Positions 57,614-64,000 of a stretch of 64,000 bases of DNA are shown in pieces. Source of the DNA: Corallococcus silvisoli (GTDB lineage Bacteria; Myxococcota; Myxococcia; Myxococcales; Myxococcaceae); the NCBI RefSeq assembly GCF_009909145.1, contig NZ_JAAAPJ010000005.1:400470-464469 (forward strand), given 5' to 3'. Positions within the stretch are counted from its first letter, which is position 1; each line of letters begins with the position of its first letter. The notes beneath the pieces were generated by a model that saw only the letters and a list, made by a program, of their open reading frames with translations, was not told the DNA's origin and searched no databases. Position numbers and translations under genes: made by a program.

Positions 57614-58632
57614 GCTCCATGCCTCCGGGACGCCAGCGCGACGGTGTTCCGGTACTCGCGGCTCAGCACGCGCCCCCACCACTCCGGGTGCTCCACGTAC
57701 CAGCGCACCGTGTCCGACAGCCCCTGCTCGAAGGAATGCGTGGGCGCCCACCCCAGCTCGCGGCGGCTCTTCGTCGGGTCGATGGCATACCGGCGGTCAT
57801 GCCCGAGCCGGTCGGTGACGAACTGGAGCAGGGACTCCGGCTTGCCCAGCTCCGCGAGGATGCCCTTCACCAGGTCCAGGTTCCTGCGCTCCGCGCCGCC
57901 GCCCAGGTTGTAGACCTCCCCCGCCGTCCCCCGCTCCAGCGCCCGCAGCAGCCCCAGGCAGTGGTCGTCCACGTGCAGCCAGTCGCGCACGTGCTGGCCA
58001 TCCCCGTAGACGGGCAGCGGCTGGTCCCTCAGCGCGTTCACCACCATCCGAGGGATGAGCTTCTCCGGAAACTGGTAGCGCCCGTAGTTGTTCGAGCAGC
58101 GCGTCACCACCACGTCCATGCCGTACGTGTGGTGATACGCGAGCGCCAGCAGGTCCGCGCCCGTCTTGGACGCCGAATAGGGACTGGAGGGCTGCAGGGG
58201 CGAGCGCTCCGTGAACGCCCCGGACGGCCCCAGCGAGCCGTACACCTCGTCCGTGGAGACCTGGACGAACCGGCGCACGCCGCGCGCGCGGCACGCCTCC
58301 AGCAGGTGCTGCGTGCCCAGCACGTTGGTGGTGACGAACACCGCCGGGCCCTCGATGGAGCGGTCCACGTGGCTCTCCGCGGCCAGGTGGAGCACGGCGT
58401 CGATGGCGTGCTCCTGGAGCACCCGGTCCACGCACGCCCGGTCGCCCACGTCGCCGTGGACGAAGACGTGGCGGGCGTCGTCTTCCAGGCCCGCCAGGTT
58501 CTCCAGGTTGCCCGCGTAGGTGAGCAGGTCCAGGTTGACGACCTTCCAGTCCGGCCGCTCTCGGAGCAGGAAGCGGACCAGGTTGGACCCGATGAAGCCG
58601 CACCCACCCGTGACCAGGACGTTCGTTGACAT
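57610..58632 (-). CDS. rfbB: dTDP-glucose 4,6-dehydratase.
   Basis: VLVTGGCGFIGSN. YSASK catalytic motif. Extended SDR fold. Confidence 0.9.
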   Translation of the reverse strand: MSTNVLVTGGCGFIGSNLVRFLLRERPDWKVVNLDLLTYAGNLENLAGLEDDARHVFVHGDVGDRACVDRVLQEHAIDAVLHLAAESHVDRSIEGPAVFVTTNVLGTQHLLEACRARGVRRFVQVSTDEVYGSLGPSGAFTERSPLQPSSPYSASKTGADLLALAYHHTYGMDVVVTRCSNNYGRYQFPEKLIPRMVVNALRDQPLPVYGDGQHVRDWLHVDDHCLGLLRALERGTAGEVYNLGGGAERRNLDLVKGILAELGKPESLLQFVTDRLGHDRRYAIDPTKSRRELGWAPTHSFEQGLSDTVRWYVEHPEWWGRVLSREYRNTVALASRRHGA

Positions 58633-58747
58633 GGACCCAACCTCGGGGACGCGTGGGCGGCACTGGCTACTGTGTGGAAGTGCCTCCGTCAAGGCACGTC
58701 GAGCCCGCTTGTAAGGGCAGGCTCTCAGGTTGTAAGGGAACGCGCGC

Positions 58748-60391
58748 GTGTCACCGCGACCACCTCACGGCCCGGGCGGACCCTTGCACATCCATCAGCT
58801 GGTCACCCGCCTGGCGTGGGGCGACGCGATTGGCAACCAGGTGCGCTACCTCCAGAGCCTGCTGCGCTCCTGGGGACACACCTCCGAAATCTACGCGGAC
58901 GCCTGGGATGACGCCTGCCGGGACCAGGTGCGCGCCGCGAAGAGCTACCCGCGCGAGGCCACGCGCGACTCCGTGCTGCTCGTGCACCACAGCTTTGAAT
59001 CGAAGCTGGTGCCGCTCATCGCGCGCGCTCGCGGCCGCAAGCTGCTCGTCTACCACAACATCACCCCCGCCCGCCTCTTCGAGGGCTTCGACCGGGGGGC
59101 CGTGCTCGCGTGCGACGCCGCCCGCCAGGAGCTGCTGGCCCTGCGCCCCCACGTGGACGGCGCGTTCGCCTACTCGCGCTTCAGCGCGGAGGAGCTCGTC
59201 GCCGCGGGCTACCCGCGCGTGGACGTGCTGCCCTTCGCCATCGACTGGCATGCGTTCGACACGCCGCCGGATCCGGCGCTGATGGCGGAGCTGGACGACG
59301 GCTGCTCCAACATCCTCTTCGTGGGCCGCGCGGTGCCCAGCAAGTACGTGGACGACGTGCTGCGTGTCTTCACCGCCTACCAGCGCCTGTACCAACCCAA
59401 GAGCCGCCTGCTGATCGCGGGCAACATCCACCGCGACGCGCCCTACGGCGGCTTCCTGCACGGCCTCAAGGACCTGCTCGGCCCGGAGCGCATCCAGTTC
59501 CTGGGCCGCGTGAACGCCGCGCAGCTGTCCGCCTGCTTCGCCTCCGCCACCGCCTACCTGTCCATGAGCCGGCACGAGGGCTTCGGCGTGCCCCTCCTGG
59601 AGGCCATGTACCGAGACGTCCCCGTCGTCGCGTACGGCGCCGCCGCCGTCCCGGAGACCCTGGGCGGCGCGGGCCTCACCACCTTCTCGCGCGAGCCCGT
59701 GGACGTGGCGCAGCTGCTCGCCGTGCTGGAGCGAGACCCCGGCCTGCGCGCCCAGGTCCTCGACGCGCAGCGCGCCCGCGTCGCCGCCCTGTCCCAGAAG
59801 GCCGTGGCCGCGCAGGTGCGCACCGCCCTGCAGGGGTGGTTGGGGGGTCGAGGGCCCGGAGCGACCTCCGCGGCGCTCCCCACGGCCGCCATCGAGCTCG
59901 TCTGTCCCGGCCTCTGCGCGCGGCCGGAGGCCCCCATGTCGCGGCTCGCGCGCGAGCTGCACCGGCGCCTGCCCGATTCGCGCCTGCTCGCCCTGCGGGG
60001 GCGCGGAGAGGCGCCCGTCCTCTCGCTCGGGCCCCAGACCCGGGACGGCGTGCCCGTGTGGCACTTCACGCCAGACCAGCCCGTGGGCCCCGCCCCGGAG
60101 CCGCTGCCGGGCTCGTCGTCGCTGGAGACGGCGGTGCGGGCCTCGCCCGCGACGGTGGTGCTCCTGGGCACGGACACCGCGGCGGCGCAGGCGCTGATGC
60201 CGGGCGTGGGCCGCCGGAGCTGGGGCGTGCGCGACGCGGCCGCCGCGTCCGACGAGGCCTCCACGGAGGCCGCCCGGCAACACCTGGGGCCTCGCCTCCT
60301 GGAGCTGGACCGCGCGGACATCGACGCGGTGGCCCAGCAGCTGGTCCAGGCGCTGTCATCGAAACGAGGAGCCCGCCATGCACGCCGATGA
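58748..60391 (+). CDS. Glycosyltransferase family 1 (GT4-type) protein with C-terminal extension.
   Basis: GT1 C-terminal motif region (SRHEGFGVPLLEAMYRDVPVVAYGAAAVPE). 547 aa. Confidence 0.7.
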   Translation: MSPRPPHGPGGPLHIHQLVTRLAWGDAIGNQVRYLQSLLRSWGHTSEIYADAWDDACRDQVRAAKSYPREATRDSVLLVHHSFESKLVPLIARARGRKLLVYHNITPARLFEGFDRGAVLACDAARQELLALRPHVDGAFAYSRFSAEELVAAGYPRVDVLPFAIDWHAFDTPPDPALMAELDDGCSNILFVGRAVPSKYVDDVLRVFTAYQRLYQPKSRLLIAGNIHRDAPYGGFLHGLKDLLGPERIQFLGRVNAAQLSACFASATAYLSMSRHEGFGVPLLEAMYRDVPVVAYGAAAVPETLGGAGLTTFSREPVDVAQLLAVLERDPGLRAQVLDAQRARVAALSQKAVAAQVRTALQGWLGGRGPGATSAALPTAAIELVCPGLCARPEAPMSRLARELHRRLPDSRLLALRGRGEAPVLSLGPQTRDGVPVWHFTPDQPVGPAPEPLPGSSSLETAVRASPATVVLLGTDTAAAQALMPGVGRRSWGVRDAAAASDEASTEAARQHLGPRLLELDRADIDAVAQQLVQALSSKRGARHARR

Positions 60392-60833
60392 TCTGCTCAC
60401 GGCCCAGCCCACGGCCCAGGCCGTGGCCGCCGCCACCGAGCGCCTCCCCGAGCCGTCCACCGCCGCGCGCGACCAGCTGCGGCGCACGCTCGCCGCGTCC
60501 CTGCGCGCGCCCTCCGCGGGCCAGTGGCCGGCGCTGCTGTTGGAGGCGCGCTCGAAGGCGGACGTGCGCTACGTGGAGCCCGCGACGTCGCACCGCCCCG
60601 TGCTGGGCCCCGTGCTCGTCTTCGCCAAGCGCTCCTTCCGGGGCGCGTTCCAGCCCTTCATCAACGAGGTGCTTCGGCGCCAGGTGCACTTCAACGAAGC
60701 CATCCTGGACGCGCTCACCGTCGTCATCGAGAACCAGCGCGAACACGCGCGCACGCAGGCCCTGTGGCGCCGTGAGATGGAGGGCCGTTTGAAGCAGCTT
60801 GAAAAGGATCCGCCAGGCCCATCCTCCCATTGA
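60378..60833 (+). CDS. Hypothetical protein (possible glycan-cluster accessory).
   Basis: GC3-biased ORF overlapping the previous stop by 14 bp. No recognised domain. Confidence 0.4.
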   Translation: MHADDLLTAQPTAQAVAAATERLPEPSTAARDQLRRTLAASLRAPSAGQWPALLLEARSKADVRYVEPATSHRPVLGPVLVFAKRSFRGAFQPFINEVLRRQVHFNEAILDALTVVIENQREHARTQALWRREMEGRLKQLEKDPPGPSSH

Positions 60834-60876
60834 GTGCATGGTCGCCTGCCCGACGGGACGGCGGCCGGACAGGGCG

Positions 60877-60906
60877 TTGACGCAGCAACCTTCTCCGCGC
60901 TACATC
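60877..60906 (+). promoter_or_regulatory. Sigma70-like promoter candidate: TTGACG, 18-nt spacer, TACATC.
   Basis: Read in the 190-bp intergenic region upstream of the GT gene at 61024. Confidence 0.3.
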
Positions 60907-61023
60907 GGCCGCTCGCTTCGCCTGCCTCGTCAATCCTGAGGGGGATGCCACGGGGAGACTCAACGGCGGCGGCGAATCGTTTCCTCCGGGCCGCATCCAG
61001 CCCACGACGCGAGTTGCCAAGGC

Positions 61024-62304
61024 ATGAAGATCGGGTTCCTCGTTGGAGACATCGCCAATATCTCCGGTGGTTCCAACGTCATCCTCGAATACGCCTCCCG
61101 GTTGCAGGACCTTGGCCACGAGGCCGTCCTCATCACCCCGGGCCCCGTCAAGCTGACGTATCCGCTGTGGCACCCGCGACTGGCGGACCTGCCGCGCCGG
61201 TCGCTCGCGGAGGCCGAGGGCGAGTCGTTCGACTTCGCGTTGGCGACGTGGTGGATCACGTTCTACGACCTGTGGCGCGTCAACGCCCGGGTGTACGGCT
61301 ACCTGAACCAGAGCCTGGAGTCGCGCTTCCACGCGGAGCGCCACTACAAGCTGCTCAACCGGCAGACGTATTCGCTGCCGCTGCTCTTCGTCACCGAGGC
61401 GAAGTGGCTGGTGGAGTTCATCCAGACGCTCCAGCCGGAGGGGCGGTCCCTCTACGTCCAGAACGGCCTGTCCCGCGACCACTTCCCCTGCGTGCAGGCC
61501 CCGCCGGAGCGCGGCGGGAAGCTGCGCGTGCTGGTGGAGGGCCCCTGGGGCGTGGGCTTCAAGGGCGTTCCGGAGACCTTCGAGGTGCTGGAGCTGGCGG
61601 CCGCCCAGGGTGTCCAGTTCGAGACAGGCTGGCTGGCATCGTCGTCCGGTGGACAGAAGCCCACCGTGGGAGGGCAGCCGGTGCAGGTGCACGAGCGCAT
61701 CCCCATCAACCAGGTGCACCAGGTCTACGGCCAGTACGACGTGCTGCTGAAGCTGTCCCGCGTGGAGGGCATGTTCGGCCCGCCGCTGGAGATGTTCTCG
61801 CAGGGCGGCACCGCCATCACGTACACGGTCACCGGCACCGACGAGTACATGGTGCACGGGCAGAACTCGCTGATGGTGGAGCCGTACAACCACCGGCAGA
61901 TCGTCCAGTTCCTGCGCCTGTTGAGCACGCAGCCCGCGTACCTGGCGCACCTGCGCGCGAACGCGCTCGCCACCGCGAAGGCGTTCACGGACTGGGAGTC
62001 GAGCACGCGCCAGGTGGCCTCCGGCCTGGAGGCCCTGCACGCGGAGGGCTGGACGAACACGCACCTGCGCCCCGCCCTGGCCGCGATGTCCACGATGCAC
62101 GGCCACTGGCTGGACGACGTCTGGCGCGGGGCGCGAGGGGAAGGCGCCTCCCCGCTGCACCCGTACGTGGGGCCCGGCGAGCAGGTGCTGCTCGAGCGCT
62201 ACCGCCGGTTCAAGAAGTCCCGCCCCGTCCGCGCGCTGCAGAACCTGGTGTCCGACGACTTCAAGAAGTCCCTGCGCGCGCGCATCACGCGAGTCCTGTC
62301 ATGA
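61024..62304 (+). CDS. Glycosyltransferase family 1 (GT4-type).
   Basis: N-terminal MKIGFLVGDIANISGG. GT-B fold size of 426 aa. C-terminal region typical of GT1. Confidence 0.7.
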   Translation: MKIGFLVGDIANISGGSNVILEYASRLQDLGHEAVLITPGPVKLTYPLWHPRLADLPRRSLAEAEGESFDFALATWWITFYDLWRVNARVYGYLNQSLESRFHAERHYKLLNRQTYSLPLLFVTEAKWLVEFIQTLQPEGRSLYVQNGLSRDHFPCVQAPPERGGKLRVLVEGPWGVGFKGVPETFEVLELAAAQGVQFETGWLASSSGGQKPTVGGQPVQVHERIPINQVHQVYGQYDVLLKLSRVEGMFGPPLEMFSQGGTAITYTVTGTDEYMVHGQNSLMVEPYNHRQIVQFLRLLSTQPAYLAHLRANALATAKAFTDWESSTRQVASGLEALHAEGWTNTHLRPALAAMSTMHGHWLDDVWRGARGEGASPLHPYVGPGEQVLLERYRRFKKSRPVRALQNLVSDDFKKSLRARITRVLS

Positions 62305-63335
62305 GAGTCCATCCGCCCTCCTCCCTCCAGCGCGTCGCCTTCCTGGGCGAGCCGGCCTTCGAGCCGCACGTGCCCGTGCAGGCGGCATGGGCCGAGGTCC
62401 GCTTCTTCCCCGTGACCGCCGGCCGGTGGGAGGACGCCATCGGCGCCGCCCAGGCGTGGGGCGCGAACGCGACGCTCGTCTTCCGCCCGCAGGACCTCAC
62501 GCCGGAGCTGGCGGCGCGGCTGCCCGGGAGCATGAGCATTGGCGTCATCCCCGCGCCGCTCTTCAGCGCGGATGAGATGGAGCGGCTCTCCCGCATGTCC
62601 GGCCCGGACGTGAAGGGCTTCCGCTGGCTCACGTACCTGGAGACGCCCACGTCGCCGGAGCTGGCGCGGCTGCCGCTGCTGCAGACGCTGCCCCTGCCGG
62701 TGGACACCGCCCGGTGCCCCACGGGCCCGCGGCTGGACTGCCGCCGGGTGCTGGTGGCGGACTGGGCCAGCCCGACGCCGGAGGCGCTGGAGGCGCTGCG
62801 CAAGGTGGGCCCGGTGGACGTGCTGCCGTCGCAGGCCACGGCCGGGGACATCACCCGCGCGCTGGAGCAGGCCGGGACCCTGGTGTACGCGTCGCGAGAC
62901 CTGATGGGCCGGTTTGATCCGCTGCCGCTGCTGGCCATGGCGCACGGGCTGCTCGTCATCGCCGACACGGTCTTCGCCCCCGAGTGGAACATCGAGCCGG
63001 AGGACGAGTTCCTCTACCGGCCGGACGGCCAGTGGGCGCGCTCGTTGGATGAGACCGTGCGCATGCCGGTGTCCTTCCGGGCGGTGCGCATCCGGGCCTG
63101 GCAGAAGATGCGCGAGGCGTTCGACGCGTCCGCGTGCTTCCAGCGCGTGCTCCACGACGCGCACCTCTTCGCGGACCCGGTGGCGCACCTGGCGTCGCTT
63201 CGCCCCGTGGGGCCGCCGGTGGCGGTCCCCGTGGCCGTGGAGGCCGCCCGGTCCCCGGAGTCCTCCGCGAAGGAGCCCCTGGGCGCGGAGAAGGTCACGC
63301 GTCTGAGCCGCGCTCGCGCGGCCGTCACCAACTAG
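62301..63335 (+). CDS. Hypothetical protein with GT1-like C-terminal motif (possible glycosyltransferase).
   Basis: ATG overlaps the previous stop (ATGA). PLLAMAHGLLVIADTVFAPEWNIEPEDEFLYRPDG resembles the GT1 E-x7-E region. Real start inside ORF 60834..63335. Confidence 0.5.
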   Translation: MRVHPPSSLQRVAFLGEPAFEPHVPVQAAWAEVRFFPVTAGRWEDAIGAAQAWGANATLVFRPQDLTPELAARLPGSMSIGVIPAPLFSADEMERLSRMSGPDVKGFRWLTYLETPTSPELARLPLLQTLPLPVDTARCPTGPRLDCRRVLVADWASPTPEALEALRKVGPVDVLPSQATAGDITRALEQAGTLVYASRDLMGRFDPLPLLAMAHGLLVIADTVFAPEWNIEPEDEFLYRPDGQWARSLDETVRMPVSFRAVRIRAWQKMREAFDASACFQRVLHDAHLFADPVAHLASLRPVGPPVAVPVAVEAARSPESSAKEPLGAEKVTRLSRARAAVTN

Positions 63336-63358
63336 AGCGCAAGGACACTGGAAGCAGA

Positions 63359-64000
63359 TGAAAGCCCGCCGTGAACCCGCAGCGGCCGCGCTGCTTCCCT
63401 CGCTCCAGCGCTGGGCCGTGGAGGCCGCGCGCGACCTGTACCTGACGCAGAAGGGCGCCCCCCCCGCCTCCCATCATCCCCGCGCCAGCCCGCGCGAGCG
63501 CGTGTCGGTGCTCGCCTCGGAGGCCCTGCCGGAGTGGGTGGAGGGGCTGTCGGAGGCCTCGCGCGTGTTCCGCCCGGGCGACGCCCCCCCCATCGAATCC
63601 TCCCCCTTCGCCACCCTGCGCGAGCGCCTGCTCACGGCGACGGCGGGCTACGACGTGGTGGGCTTCGACGTCTTCAACACGCTGGTGGTGCGCAGCGTGG
63701 AGGGCGAATGGCTCAAGACGGCCGTGGCGCGCGGCTTCCATGCGCGGCTGAAGGAGCTGCTGAGCCCGACGCGAATGCCCACGGCGGCGCAGGTGCGCCA
63801 GCGCCGGTTCGACCTGGAGATGGAGATCGCCGGGGAGCAGGTCGCCCAGGGGCGCGACAACGAGGTGGACTTCGAGGCCCTGGTGCTGCGTTGGGCCGGC
63901 ACCTGGGTGCCGGTGGAGCCGCACCGCTCGCGCCTGGCCGCGGAGCTGCGCGCGCTGGAGCTGGAGTTGGAGAAGCGGGCGCTGCGGCCCGCGCCGGGCA
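63359..64000 (+). CDS. Partial (3'-truncated by the window) hypothetical protein.
   Basis: ATG at 63359. Open, GC3-biased frame runs to the end of the window (MKARREPAAAALLPSLQRWAVEAARDLYL...). Confidence 0.4.

Overview
This is a ~69-70% GC window, almost certainly from a myxobacterium (Myxococcus or Corallococcus-like). The basis is a MYXO-CTERM sorting tail, a TIGR02265/DUF2378-type paralog, many lipoproteins, and a Hanks-type kinase. I call about 50 protein genes; no rRNA, tRNA, CRISPR array or IS element was recognisable by eye.

Recognisable genes, in order:
- a HAMP-PP2C membrane phosphatase
- a two-gene 2-oxo-acid dehydrogenase E1 alpha/beta pair with no E2 or E3 (esg-like)
- a GNAT acetyltransferase and a PilZ protein
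- a CotH-family kinase
- PEP carboxylase (ppc)
- an M6 (InhA-like) metalloprotease
- an mltG gene followed by a PAS-GAF histidine kinase
- a LysR/YeiH pair
- methionine aminopeptidase (map)
- a DUF3516 DEAD/DEAH helicase
- a Ser/Thr kinase followed by two exported proteins
- a Pat-like acyl-CoA-synthetase/GNAT fusion
- a large Kelch/HYR surface protein with MYXO-CTERM, plus an OmpA/TSP3 protein
- tgt
- an ABC-F ATPase
- a dTDP-rhamnose operon (rmlBDAC, with 4-bp overlaps)
- a glycosyltransferase cluster

The most unusual region is ~47.9-51.6 kb. It holds a compositionally atypical (lower-GC) pair of convergent genes. One is an 882-aa protein with a clear DUF4157 zincin-like N-terminal domain (SSVRVHDD...LLAHELAHTLQ), a possible NlpC/P60-like Cys-His middle segment and a charged coiled-coil tail. 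The other is a signal-less GH24-lysozyme-like protein. A secreted beta-lactamase-fold hydrolase and a Cys-rich lipoprotein sit next to them. I flag this as a candidate novel peptidoglycan-targeting effector or toxin module.

The six-frame track is full of long antisense or off-frame ORFs, which is typical of high-GC DNA; I rejected those. All coordinates come from reading the ORF track and sequence by eye. Start codons are approximate (+/- a few codons) where stated.
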